DNA of 54,053 bases, counting the filler, from Sluysia triapertura (Eukaryota), in the NCBI GenBank assembly GCA_046118255.1. It is 4 parts of 4 records of this genome, joined end to end, with 100 filler letters (N's around TTAATTAATTAA, not from the genome) between each part and the next. Parts side by side here need not be neighbours in the genome. Positions count along the whole stretch, not along the records: positions 1 to 12,937 come from JBJNIA010071283.1; 3 more parts are not named here. The stretch is one strand, 5' to 3'. The position numbers and the translations under genes were made by a program. Position 1 is the stretch's first letter. Every line of letters starts with the position of its first letter. Below, piece by piece: positions 1 through 13,037 of the stretch. Below the pieces are notes generated by a model. That model saw nothing but the letters and a program-made list of their open reading frames with translations, was not told the DNA's origin and did not search any database.

Positions 1-76
1 AAAAAACTTATTTGGAAAACCGTGTAAAAGCGAAAACGTGTAAAACAAGTACCGTGTAAATCGGGGGATAGGTGTA
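1..76. mobile_element. Probable end of a Tc1/mariner/pogo-type DNA transposon or MITE
   Basis: CGTGTAAA occurs three times, ending CCGTGTAAATCGGGGGATAGGTG|TA, the layout of a TA-flanked TIR with subterminal repeats. The partner end is not in the window. Confidence 0.4.
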
Positions 77-139
77 TACTAAAACCAATTTTATATTTAA
101 ATCGTTCGCTTTTCAATATAATATCAATTTACACAAGCC

Positions 140-2777
140 CTTACCGACGATCCTATTTCATGATATGTACACACGAAAATATTTATTCAATCAGTTTCTA
201 ACATGTCCACGTTTTTCTGACGATATTTCAAAATATATGTTAAGAGGAATATTATTATAGATTTTAATAATTTTATCAGCAGCACAAATATGTAACAATT
301 AAAACAGCTTAACGATCTTTTTATAGATAAATTTTTATAGATAACCTATTGTCGAACAATCACTGGAATCGTACACAGAATTTGTAACAACTCTTCTGTC
401 TAATAAATGTTCAATTTGGCTTGGATCTAATGACATAGGATCCGGAAGTCCAAGTATTAGCGGTAAATTGCTTGTATTGTCCATACTGGTAAGAGCAAAG
501 ATGTTATTTTGTTGTTGGGTGTACAATGATGATGGAGATGAAACTGATAATCTCGATATTTGACTAAATTAATCCCATTGTTATTTGAAATATTATTATC
601 ATTATTATTATTATTATCATTATTATTATTATTATTATCATTATTATTATTATTATCATGTATACATTTACTTGGCATTAGAAAGGAATTTTTTCATTGT
701 TTCCCAACGGAAAACAATTTTGTAGCATAATTTATCTATTCGATCTTGGTTTGTGCTTGGTAGCTGAAATTATTAAAACATTAATATTTGAAATACAATT
801 ATCTTTAATACGTATGTTTACCACTTTTCAGGAAATAGCACATTATGTAGTTCGATTATGAAAATTTACATTTAATTACTTTGTACAAAATTCTTATTTC
901 AGATGTTTGTCTGTTTACCGATCTACTCAAATAAATACAAAACCGCTTGCTTTTAATTGGAGAAATAAATTGAATGTTATCAAAAGTAAAAAAACTACTT
1001 ACTAAACTAATAACTTATAGCGGTTAAAAAATCAGGTAAAAGTCAATAAAAATTGAACAGTATCGATGAATATAGTAATCCTGAGAAACAAGTTGTTGAA
1101 TTAATTTCTAAGAGCATTCTACTTATATTTTATCAGCTGCTAGTTTGAGCTAATTATTCGACTTATACAATAAATTACATTATGCAAGTGTATCAATCAC
1201 ATGTATGAATACAAAATTTTCTGAATAAGTTAAAATGACGTTATTTAAAATCTCACTATCATTTTATCTTGATATACTTCAGTATATTAATGTTGTTACT
1301 ATTTAATTGGTTTAAATTTTTCAACCAATCACATTTGTTAATTTAATGTGCGCGTGATTTCATTATTTAAATATCTTGTTTTAGTTAATATATTATATTA
1401 CAATTACGAATTTGTTTCCATGTGAAACGATGTCTGTCCAACTGTACCCATAAACAAACCATACTTACCGAAAAGAATCGAATTTTGGTGATATTTGGTT
1501 TAAATCAGGTTGGACAACACATCGACTCATACAAGTTACAAAATATTTAAATAACAAAAAAACATTTTATTTTTTTCGATCCAGAATTCACATTCTATAA
1601 ATTTTATAGAATAATCGTTAATTTTCAAATTTTGAATGTTTCGACAGAAAAAAATACATATAGAGCTACTTGTGGCTCTACAACCACGGATTTCTGATCA
1701 TCTGTTTAAATCTTTGATGCCGTGTTACGTAAATATTACGTAAGTAGTTTAAAGTTGATAATTATTTGATTTAAATCAATTAATCTAAGAATGATAATTT
1801 CTATATTTAGCACAATCAGACTCTAAACTGTACATTGAAATATTATGAACGAAAATTTACGGAGAAATTAAATGTACAACAATGAAGCTTTTATTCGTTG
1901 TCATGACGAAATGATTATGTATAGTGAAGCAGTGGAAAAACGATTCAAAGCGATCAATCTTGCAAGAAATCTGACTTATACTAAAATATAAATAATAACT
2001 AACACATCTTCTGGTACAATCTAATAAAATCTCCATACTTGTTTCATCAGATAAATTCATGGGATTCCACAAATTAACCAATAATAATTTATTAAAATCT
2101 TTCAACAAATCAGTATGCAACAATTGTTTCAACAAATAAAATTCTTTATTTATCATTAAATATTCTATCAAATTTAATAATATATTAACGAAACCATTTT
2201 TATTGGTCAATAAAATCAGCCAACCAAATTGAGATATTTCTTCATTAATTTCTGATTGAAAAGTTAACAGATTTAAACACAAATATCTTTCATCAGTTAC
2301 TGACCACTCTATACTCGTAACAGTATTACAATTGTTCAATTTTTCTTTATTAAATTTTTCATTAATAAAACGAATAAAAAAACGTTTTAAATGACAAAAT
2401 ATGTTTTGTGTTATTTCAATGCTTTGTTGAGGTATTATTTCGTATAGAATATGCTTAATAAAACAACGATATTTTGTTACATTACTTATCAACAAATCAC
2501 AGAATTCTGTTGATAAGTCTACACCAAATTTGGAAAAAATCAATAATAAATCCGACCAATTATAATTTTTATTTTGAAATAATTTTATTATTGTTGGAAA
2601 AATCGATTTGTAAGTGGAAGTAATTTGTAATTTATTATGTGTATTGCTGAACGGATACAGTAATTTGAATAACTGAATTGCCAGATAAGGTTTATCTGTG
2701 AAAACAGTGGTAAATTGTTTTATGAAAGTGGATATATCTGGTAAATTTGTGTTGAAATAGACGCATTCTAAAATTTT
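140..2777 (-). pseudogene. Multi-exon locus resembling the N-terminal helical region of ZFYVE26/spastizin, with disabled small exons
   Basis: Long open exon 2777-1861 (TTTCAG acceptor, GTAAAT donor, about 305 codons) containing ILLTNKNGFVNILLNLIEYLMINKEFYLLKQLLHTDLLKDFNKLLLVNLW. Downstream exon-like pieces (KCFLLFKYFVTCM near 1.5 kb; QDRIDKLCYKIVFRWETMKKFLSN at 763-672) fall in the order recalled for ZFYVE26. Several pieces between 800 and 1830 have stops in all frames. Family call is from memory only. Confidence 0.35.
591..658. repeat. (ATT/ATC)n microsatellite inside an intron
   Basis: Directly visible; lies between a GTAAAT donor (about 671) and an AATTTAG acceptor (about 564) on the minus strand. 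Confidence 0.9.
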
Positions 2778-5365
2778 CTGAAATTATTAATACATAATTA
2801 TTATTATTAATTATTATTATTAATTTATTATTATTAATTAATAATAATTATTATTAATTAATTATTATCAATTATTAGATATGTATGTTAAAAACTACTG
2901 GAATTTCGAACTTTAATTTACTGTATTGTTTTTTACTTTTATTATTTTATTGACACACATTCATTACAAGTATGTTTCTTTTCCATTTATTCAAATTGAT
3001 TTATTTCGTTCTAAAAATTAACTTAGACCTTGCTACCGGCAAAAGCTTTTATTCTAAATACTACGATTACATTACAATTTACATCGTCAATTCGTCTCTG
3101 GCAATACAGTCAAAATATTTATCTACACGAAAAATTAAAATATCATTATATCATTTGAATTAGTTGTTTCAGTTGATACCAAAATGCTATTTTAAATATT
3201 CAATATTGATCCTAAAATAATAATTCAACATATACACATAGGAATACTTATTTTAAAACAAATATAGCCGATAAATTCTTCAATTTTGTAAAGTTATAAT
3301 TTGTATATATATAATTATTCACGTTTTATTATAATTTATTATTTATATTTAATATTTTATGTTTTTATTTTTTATATTTTATAAAAAATTAAAATATTAT
3401 TAAAAAACATAAATTATTATTATTTTAAAAATTATAATAAAAAATTACATTAAAAATTATAATTAAAAAATTAAATTAAAAAAAAGATTCGAGAAAATTT
3501 GTTTTTATTAATTAAAATATTTTAATGTCTTTGTCACAATTATTAGTATATAAACAAAGACACAAATAAAGTTAACGCCATAATTGATAAACAAAGACTA
3601 CACGACAGACTAATAAAGCTCGCGGCAGAAAAATAAAGTCAGTCAAAAATAAAGCTACAATCAACGTCCAAATAAAGGAATAAAGTTAACGAAAATATAT
3701 AACAAAGATATATACGCAGCATTCAACAGCAATTTCAAGAAGCTGATATCAAGACGCAGTAGCACATATCCATCGATTTTATCCAATAATTAATATATTG
3801 AAATCATTTTTTGCAAGTAGTAAGTCTAATTTTTATAGATTTGAACTTCAATAGAGCCATATAATCTTACTTAAAATATTCCATTTCCGTTGGTCCGTAA
3901 GGCCAATGATAAAATCATTTTTTAACTAATTAAAATCCATGGCCGAGTCTCTAGTAGACTAGATCTCTTTAAAGAAAAAATATTGTAGTATTGTTATTAT
4001 TACTTTGATTATATTATTATTAAATTAATTGAATTTTGGATATTTAGTTGTAAATTAAACATTTATTTTTACGTTATTATTGTTATTTTAGTATTTTTAT
4101 TATAGATAATCAACATTAAAGATTTTATTATTTAATTTTGAATAATTAACAAGTTAATATTTTGAGCAAAAAAGTTCAGGATATTGCTTATTTGAGACAA
4201 TAATTTTTGATAAAGATAACGTTTAGCATAATGTGAATGTATAGAATCTAAAAATAAAAATATAAAAATAGCTGTATATAAAAATCTAAAAATTGTGTGT
4301 ATAATAAAATGTTATGTGTAAATTTATAGAATCTAAAAATATCTAATTATCAATTTTTTGTAAATAGAATTTTGATTTTTGTTTTAAATGGTATTATTAT
4401 TATTGTTATTTATTTAAAATCATTATTAATATTATTTTTTTAAAAAATTAAATAACATTTCTTTAAACTGATCAAAAAATATATAGGTCAAGGTGACCAT
4501 TTTTTCAATATAAGAATTGCAAGTCAGCACAATAAATCACAATAAATTTTTCGTGGATTTCTACAAATCTTTGGTGAAGTTTTTCACCAATTTTTCTCGG
4601 AACAATCACTTTATTTTGGAGCTTGAAAATTATCTGGTAAAAATCCGTTAGTTTGTTAATCGTAGGTTTATTCATTTTTTACTGATAGAAAATTAAAGAC
4701 ACTTTAATTAAATGTTTTTCGAAAACCCCTTTTTTAAGAAGGTGGTAATTATTACTTGAAAAGATTATAATCTTGTTAAAAGTGTATGTATATTTTGCTT
4801 ATATACAGTAATTTTTATATTGTACAATAATTATTTCATTAATACACTTTTCATTTTTATTTAAATTTCATTGAATAACTAACCCTAAGGTCTCCGATTT
4901 TAATCGGTGGTAAATTCCACGAAAAATCATAAATCAATTTGATAAGAGAAAATTAAGGTACGCGTTTTTACACGGTCGAAAAATCCAGGTAAAATATTTT
5001 TGAAGTTCTTTGATATTTTTAATAATTTAAGCTATCTTTTAGCGAATCGATTTTAAATTAACATTTACCTAAATTTGTTGCCTAAATAACATTCAAGAAG
5101 AATTTGTTACATTTTTAAAGAACTTATATAAGTATAATTGATTGCTGTACCTAATAGATTAAGCATAAAGCAACGTCATTTAAAATTTAATTGTCAAGCT
5201 TTCCACGTTATATTATCATTGAGAAGAATCTGATTGAGTACCTCCATAATTTCTTTTAAGATACTGCCTATAACTTAGCCCTTAAGTGCGTAATTGCACA
5301 TAAATAAAAGGTATAATTTTAAGAGAAAACTTTTACATTAATAAAGAGATTATTTATTGTCAAAT

Positions 5366-5413
5366 TCTGTAGCTACGTCTACTATACGTTCTAAATCGTA
5401 GACTACAGACGAA
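5366..5413 (+). ncRNA. Candidate structured element, copy 1 (12-bp stem, bulged A, 19-nt loop, followed by CGAA)
   Basis: TCTGTAG-CTACG-[TCTACTATACGTTCTAAAT]-CGTAG-A-CTACAGA-CGAA; covaries with copy 2. Confidence 0.45.
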
Positions 5414-5878
5414 CCCATTTAAATCCTATAATTGTTATAAGATAATTATTTTAAAATCATAACAATAAGATAACTCTAATAATTTCAGCTTTAAAATCTA
5501 TACTTATTTATTAAAATCTTGATCAAATTTGTACTAACAAAAAGAAATTGTTTCTTTTTGTTCAATTTATTATTATTATTATATTTTTTATTTTTCTTGT
5601 GAAAGAATCTTAGTTATTTAATAAATTAATTCATTGTTAATTCGTTATTATTTTACATTAAATAATAATAATAAATTAAAAGTTTGTATACACGATATGC
5701 AAAAAAGAAAAATCTTAAGTCATTTAGGAATAGTTATAATTCAATAGTTGTACTATGAAAACATATTTAAAAAAAGAGAAATAAACTAAGAGTAACATTA
5801 ATACATTTTAAAAGACCCAACATTAAGTAATTTGTAATCGCATTTTCAAGAGTAAGGAAAATTCTTTCGTAGCAATTT

Positions 5879-5926
5879 TCTGTGGATACGTCTACTTTAC
5901 GTTATAAACCGTATACCGCAGACGAA
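5879..5926 (+). ncRNA. Candidate structured element, copy 2
   Basis: TCTGTGG-ATACG-[TCTACTTTACGTTATAAAC]-CGTAT-A-CCGCAGA-CGAA; same geometry as copy 1, and all stem substitutions keep pairing. Confidence 0.45.
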
Positions 5927-8275
5927 GCCGTTTTTAAAATTATAATTATTAAGTTAAGAAAGTAAAGAAAAAACTAACAAGTCATTCAAAGAGAATTTAA
6001 AATTTTATTTGCACTTTCATCTCTTACATCAAAGACAAGCAAGAACTACAATTTTATACATAGAACTGTTTACATTAAGGTTTTAAAATCATTTAATATT
6101 AGTTAAATGAGAATAATTTTTAAAGAATTAAAATAAAATTTTTCTAATGCTTAAAGTTTAGTAATAAGTTTAAAGTCAACAAGTCTAATTCAAATAAACG
6201 ACTAATTCTCATTAAAAGTTAATTTTAACAATAATAAAATAAAAACAATAATGTAATAATATAATAGAATAATAATATAAAAAATAATAATTTTATAATA
6301 ATATACCAATAATATAGTAATGTAATATTATTTTGCTAAAATAATTTGATTTATATACGAAATAATAATATAAAATCATAATAATAATATTTTAAGTTAC
6401 AAGAAATATAATGCAACATATTATTATAATAACAAAAATAATTATTACCTTCGAAATTATATTCGAAATTATTTTATAATTGTATTCAAGATGGTTGTGA
6501 TTTACTTTTTTCTTTTAACTGAATTAAGATTTAAAAATTATTAGCGTTTATATTTATAATAATTGTTAAACAAAAAATTTACAAAGAAAATTAATATCAA
6601 GAAATAACACAAACTATTGAAAAATAAAATGTAAGTGTAAATTACATTATTTCACTTCGTTTATATAGTTTTTATTCTTAGTATATTATTTGCAATAAAT
6701 TATGTGAGGAAATTTATATAATTTACAATTTTATTTTTAATGATTTTGTAAACATTTTTCTGTTCTTTAATTAATTACATGTTTATTTATATTTACTGTC
6801 TATAAATTAAATTACTATATTAAAATTTATTGACAGTTTTTACCTAAACTAGAACAATGACATTAATCCATCTCTCTAGTTGCCTTGAAGATTTGATATA
6901 CTCTTATCTATATATTTACAATAATAAATATTCCAGAAAACACAGTCCATTAAATTAGTTAAGATTTTTTCAACATTGAATTCTGAAGTGATTACTTAAA
7001 TATGAAAATAATAAGCTGTTAAGTACGTTTTACGATAATTTCCAAATTAAAGCTTATTTAATTTCGATATGTCAAGCTTTTCCTTTAAAATTTGTATTAT
7101 AACATTTATAATACCAAGATTCTTTTACTCACCTGAATAAAATTTTAGGTTTTATTTTTTATACATTACTTTATTTATTAAATTTCATATATTATTGTTA
7201 TCCGTTTGCTATTATTTTCCTATGAAAGGAATTATAACGTTAATCATCGTCAGAAATTATATTAACAATTTAAAGTTTTTAAAACTAACAATGACTATTG
7301 TTGAAAAGCGTTTAAATTAATCAAAGAATAATTACTTAAATTATTTTCATTGTTTGTATCATTACTTTTACTTTTTATTATCAGAAATATATGAATATTG
7401 TTTATTATAAAAGAATTATATGACAGTTCAATTTGAATATTATTGTTTAGTTTATAATTATCGGGTGGCAGTTTCTGTAACCCACATATTTATATTTATA
7501 TTATTTTGAAATGTGTGAAGCAGGCACGGTCTATCAAATAAGTTCCCAAAAACTAAGAATATAAGATGCCCGACTTTAAGTACTTTTAGTATCATTTAGA
7601 GAAGTTTTTAAATATTAATTTTGTGTACGAGATTGTACACCTAAAACTAAATGTGTATTTTCATTATTTTATCAAAATGTAAAGATTAAGCTCAAGTCGC
7701 AGGCAGAATTTGTTTGTAAGTTACGCTGTTTACGTTTCGATTGTAGTTTCACCAATAGTAATGAATTTTTAATAGACATTTTTATATATGAACAATCGTG
7801 TGATCATATTGCAGAAAAATTGTTGACAGATAATCATGACCTTTTTATATTTAAATTATCATCGCAACCATCTAAAATAATTAAATTTGACAATAGAAAT
7901 CATTTAAAATAGGTTATTTCTATAAAAGAAAATTATTCTCCAAAAACTAAATTAATTTTCTAAAAGAAAAACTTATTTTCTAAAAAAGAAAAAATATTTT
8001 TAAAAACAGAAAATCCGAAGAAAGAACAATCCATTAATTTTGATTGTCTGATAACTAGTATATATACTAGCATCAGTGTAAAAAACAATTTTTTTATTTT
8101 AAAAAATTTTTAATGCACTGACTATAATTAAATTAATTTTTTCAAAGATACGGCATCAAGTTATTTATTCAGTTGGATAATGGACAATTATTTGATTTTT
8201 GTAAGTCTGTTTGGTTCTTGTGGTCAAAATACTATAGTTTAATTTTCCTTCTTCGATTTGTTAAACTTCGTAAAA

Positions 8276-8346
8276 TGGACTGACCGGGGATCGAATCCGG
8301 GGCCATCGTCTGCCCAGTCGATGCTGTACCACTGAGCTATCAGCCC
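8276..8346 (-). tRNA. tRNA-Ala-like pseudogene or tRNA-derived repeat (defective anticodon arm)
   Basis: GGGCTGA TA GCTC AGTGGTA CAGC A TCGAC TGGGCA GACGA TGGCC CCGGA TTCGATC CCCGG TCAGTCC A, followed at once by TTTT. It has a 7-bp acceptor stem with G3:U70 and A/B-box-like motifs, but one mismatch each in the D, anticodon and T stems and a 6-nt anticodon loop. Confidence 0.7.
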
Positions 8347-9739
8347 CGTCTAACAATTTCATTTTTATTATATACAATTTTATCAAATGGCACTTTTAGG
8401 CCTTTTACCCCAACAGATTTAATGAAGTGAAAAATTGATATTTAAAATTAAATAAGAATCATAATTAAATCCCTGAAAGGGTTTTAATTATAAAATTATA
8501 ATTGTTATTTTTTGCTTTTCTTATATCATATTTGAGTTTCTTTAATTGTTTATTAATAAACTTTGAAAGGTTTTGGATATTGTAGTGGGTTCTATAACTA
8601 TTATGTTATCTTTATTATATTGTAATAAAATCATTAATTTTGTCTAAAATAATCCTGATATTTAGAAATTTGTTACAATTTAGATTACCAATTATTTTTT
8701 TCTTATATTAATAAAATTTTAATTCTTGTCAAGTTTAGTTTCGATTAAGGTCGTTTGCACAACAAAATATTGAAATTGTAATTAAAACTTATTCAAACAA
8801 AACAAAGTAACAAAAGGGAAATTTTATATTAAATACGTAACAGTAAACATAAAACGATAATAACAGTCTAATAACACAAAACGTTTTACCTATAACAAAT
8901 ATACAGCTAGTATTCGATGTCATTAATTCATCGTAATTAGATAGTGGTAGCGATTGACGTTCGGTTTTGACTTTGACAATCGTAATAAAAACATTAATGC
9001 ATGTTTCAGATAATTCAGCATTATTAATTATTAATTAAACGTTATTAATGTTATGGTTTCACTAATATCAAGCAATACATATTACAAAAAGAAGTACTCA
9101 ATCGAATATTTAAAATTTGAGTTTTTTCTTACTAAATATATTAATTATATTATTTGAAGAAATTTTCACATGAATCAAAGCATAGGTACCACCATATTCA
9201 ATTAATAATTTATCAAACACTTTACTTTCATTGATAAAAACAGAGTAAGTATTCGAATTAATTTTAAATTAACCTTTACTTGTGTGTGAAAATTTAGACA
9301 ATTTGAAAACTATTAATTCGTTTTGTATTTTTTGCAAAACAGTATTTATTTTATAATTAACATGTAACAATACATTATCAAAACAATCACGACATTTTGT
9401 AAATTAAATGATTAAAATAGGTGAATAAACGTCAAGTGCCATTCCATCAACTACTATAATAATTTAACTTTTAACTTTATCAGTGAGGTTTTTACTAGCT
9501 TTACTAATAGTCATGTTATTATTGCCTGTGGTTCGTTCATTTACCAGACGTATTTAAATTGTAAGTTTTTAAAACAAATACGTTGTACATTATGAGCGTG
9601 AGTATATTTAGTATCAAAATCTGTTTTAAATTTAACATCTAAACTTTTCACAATTTGCATATGTATACGATTTCAATGCATGTCTAAAATTTAAATAAAG
9701 ACAATGTATTTATTTGACGAAAATTTCTTTTAACGAAAT

Positions 9740-10265
9740 AAATCTAGTTATAAATATGGCATTAGAAGTACGTGGAACATCTGATTCAAAATCTGCAAGA
9801 CTGATTCTGAGCGCAATATACCAATTGCATTGAATAGGAAATTCATCAGAAGTAATTTTATTGATGATATTTTAAATAATTTTTAAATATTTAAAAATTA
9901 TTTAAATTATCGTGATATCGATAAAAATGCAATGGAAAGAGTATTAAATTATTACAACATTGCTTTTGAGAGATACTCTAAAATAAAACAATAAAATAAA
10001 CATTTACAACATGCTATTCCGGTTATAATACGGAATGATTATGAAAGATTGATAAATATGTACGACAAAGTTCCTATCGAGACTATTAAGTTGAATTGCT
10101 AATGTTAAATATAATGTTAAATTACTGAAAAATTATAAAATATTTAAAAGGGCAAAGTTCTTTCTGTTTCAGAAATATTATAATATATGCTTTATTTTGA
10201 TTACTTGTTTTACAGTATTTACAAGGAGGATATAGTTCTTTCTATTTCAGAAACATTATAATGAG
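9740..10265 (+). mobile_element. Decayed 3' end of a CR1/L2-like LINE
   Basis: Degenerate ALEVRGTS motif (compare YGxExWG). Tail ATTACTGAAAAATTATAAAATATTTAAAAGGGCAAAGTTCTTTCTGTTTCAGAAATATTAT is shared with 33390-33453. Confidence 0.35.
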
Positions 10266-11779
10266 TTATATTTCAAGAAAGTTTGAATAATTATTTCATT
10301 GAAGAAGTGGCAGTAGTGAAAATAATAATAATAGTGATAATAATACACATGTACATATAGAAACGTTCGTGTGTACAAAGTTTTGCAACGGCAATAATAA
10401 TATGCGACATATAAACAATTATGATATTATCAGGACTGTGCTTATGTTTAGTACTTAATGTGCGGCAGTTTAATATATTGTAGTTTACTTAATAACTGGT
10501 TTAATTTATGTTGGTGTTTGCTTGTGATTATTATAAGTTGATCTGGAGTTCACCACACTTATTAATTTAAGTTTAATTAAATTCCGAAATCATTAGTGAA
10601 GTGCGTGAATGATTACAATAAATTTACCAAGAATATAATTTTGATTAGATTACCTCGAATCATAGATTTAAGTTTTCAAGCATAAGATACGATGACCAAC
10701 TTGTAATTCATAATTTTGTCAATATGACTTCATTCAAATTGTCTTCCCAACACAAATGTACAATCTTTAAATAAATCACATGATACTATAAACAATCATA
10801 TTCAACAATTCGTAAAACCCATCACAGAACACAACAAGCACTTAATATTTTCAGAAAACTCAACTCACCAATAACAACTCATTTAAACAACCTAATATTA
10901 AACACTTCAATATATATTTCCAGCAATTTCAAACATTTAACTTTTAACATTGGCAGCAAATTAGCATAATATTATATTTTACCATCATAACCAAATAAGA
11001 AAAATTGTGTTACACCATTTTATACATAAATTCGAGTCAAATTTGAAAATTATAAATTGCAAAATCATTCCACAAGTTTACCAATTCTTAACATATCAAA
11101 TTATTTGATAAACTCAGTACCTTGATTGTTCCAAATATTTCATTGTAACACTTCTATATTTTCAAATCAATCCTTCCACGATTTGTTTACTCAAATATCC
11201 TTCGAACATCTCAATTTTAATACATTATTTCCACGAAAATATGCATAAACGTATTTATACATTTTCATCCGAAATTTTTGAGTTGTGTTCTCAAGATCCC
11301 AAGAAAGGGAAGAAGAAAAAAGAAAGAAAAAATTATAATTTAATATTGATAATAATGACAATAATAAATTTTTTAATTAAATTAAAATAATAAATATTTT
11401 AATTAAAATTACATAAGAAAATTTTACTGGCTGTCAAGCCAATTACTACTACACACTTTATCATCTTGCATTGTGTGCAAATAATCGGCCGGCATGGTTA
11501 GACACAAAGTTATGTACTTAAACATTGTGCATTTATAAAGATTAGAAAAAAATTGATTAGTGTAACACAAAAAAATTGCATTATCTTTGAAATTACACAA
11601 AAATCAGTATAGATAATCCATTATTGTTTATCACTATATCGTCATCATGTCGGAATAAAGGTTATAAATAAATCCCGATTACCAATGTCATCAAATGGAA
11701 CAGGATCAATTACAGATATACCGGTTAGAGCCATCCGTAAGATGTAAGAAGTCAAAAATGTTATTTATAACTATCAAGA

Positions 11780-12230
11780 AACAACAAAGTCACAGTAGTC
11801 TTAATGATCCTGCACCTTTCACATGGTCAAATCAAGTTAGAAATGAACGGTTGATCCATTTCCTCTTGATTTAACATTAAGTGGATCGTAACTGTTCAGC
11901 ATTTTACCAACACAAGCCGTAACATGTAAAGCTGTTCAACTGTAAAACGTCTTTTACTTCCAAATCTTCTGCCAATTATGCACCACTTTTTTGAAAATAA
12001 ACATTCTCAATTTCATATTTGTCCGCCTTATACCATTTCTCCAACCATACTTACGATAAAAAAAACATAAATGAAACGATGGACAAGTGGCTTAAAGCTG
12101 CGTGGAATTCTTTTAGCAAGAAACTTGTTGAAAAACGTTTTTTTATCATCGTTCCTCGGTTGGAAAGGACCCGAAAGTTGCATCCAAGCTTTTTAAGCTG
12201 TATAGGAATCAGAAGGAACGGAATCTGACA
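11780..12230 (-). pseudogene. Decayed ankyrin-repeat fragment
   Basis: Reads KSGA*LAEDLEVKDVL..TALHVTACVGK across a stop and a frameshift, matching the ankyrin GAD...D..G.TALH.A pattern. Confidence 0.35.
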
Positions 12231-12937
12231 TTCTCGATGAATAAAAAATAATTGATACTTGATTTATTGACGGAAAATAACTGTTTCAAAAAAGTTAAAA
12301 TTTATATAGTGTAGAAATTGTATTTGGCATTGTTATTAATAGATTTTCACGTTGTTATTAGATTTTGTGCATATCTAGTTTGAACACAATAAATAAATTA
12401 CAAATAAATAAAACTCCGTTTCAAGAATTAAAGTTAACATTAGATTACCTATTGTATTTGATCTGGTCCACTTGTGACATCATCTTAGAAGATTTCACAC
12501 GTACTTATTAGTTCAAATTTTTGACAAAGCTATCCGAACTTACATCTTAAAAGTTGATCCGAATAAATTCGAAATCTTGTAGCCTCGTCTTCTATTAGGA
12601 TATAAATGGTCGATTACAGGCGAACCCATAATAATAAACTATATTTGCAATAAAGTTTAATCGTAAATTACACAAATACATAAGTTGATATTATGAATGT
12701 GCTTACTGAAAATTATAGGTATTATTGTATAGATTCCTGGATTATATTTTGTTATTTAAGTGTTTCTTATTACTTTTGGTGTTTCAGAAGATGTTTTGAG
12801 AGCTGTTAACAATTTTTTAGTTTAAAGTGAATATTCATGGAATTTTAGACATATCCAGACATCGTAAAGTAAATACAATAAAATTTTATTTAAAATATTT
12901 TTACATTAAATCATTTACAAAAATGTTTTGTAAATAA

Positions 12938-13037
12938 NNNNNNNNNNNNNNNNNNNNNNNNNNNNNNNNNNNNNNNNNNNNTTAATTAATTAANNNNNNN
13001 NNNNNNNNNNNNNNNNNNNNNNNNNNNNNNNNNNNNN
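12938..13037. other. Artificial 100-bp join: N44-TTAATTAATTAA-N44
   Basis: Identical spacers at 26148-26247 and 38848-38947; the 12-mer gives stop codons in all six frames. Confidence 0.95.

Noticed and set aside
457-678. 73-aa poly-Asn ORF
   Set aside because: Translation of an intronic (AAT)n microsatellite.
140-1830. Stop-codon reassignment to explain in-frame TGA/TAA in gene 1
   Set aside because: Transaldolase, UFD1-like and WDSUB1 exons have no internal stops, and gene 1 also needs frameshifts, so decay or sequencing error is simpler.
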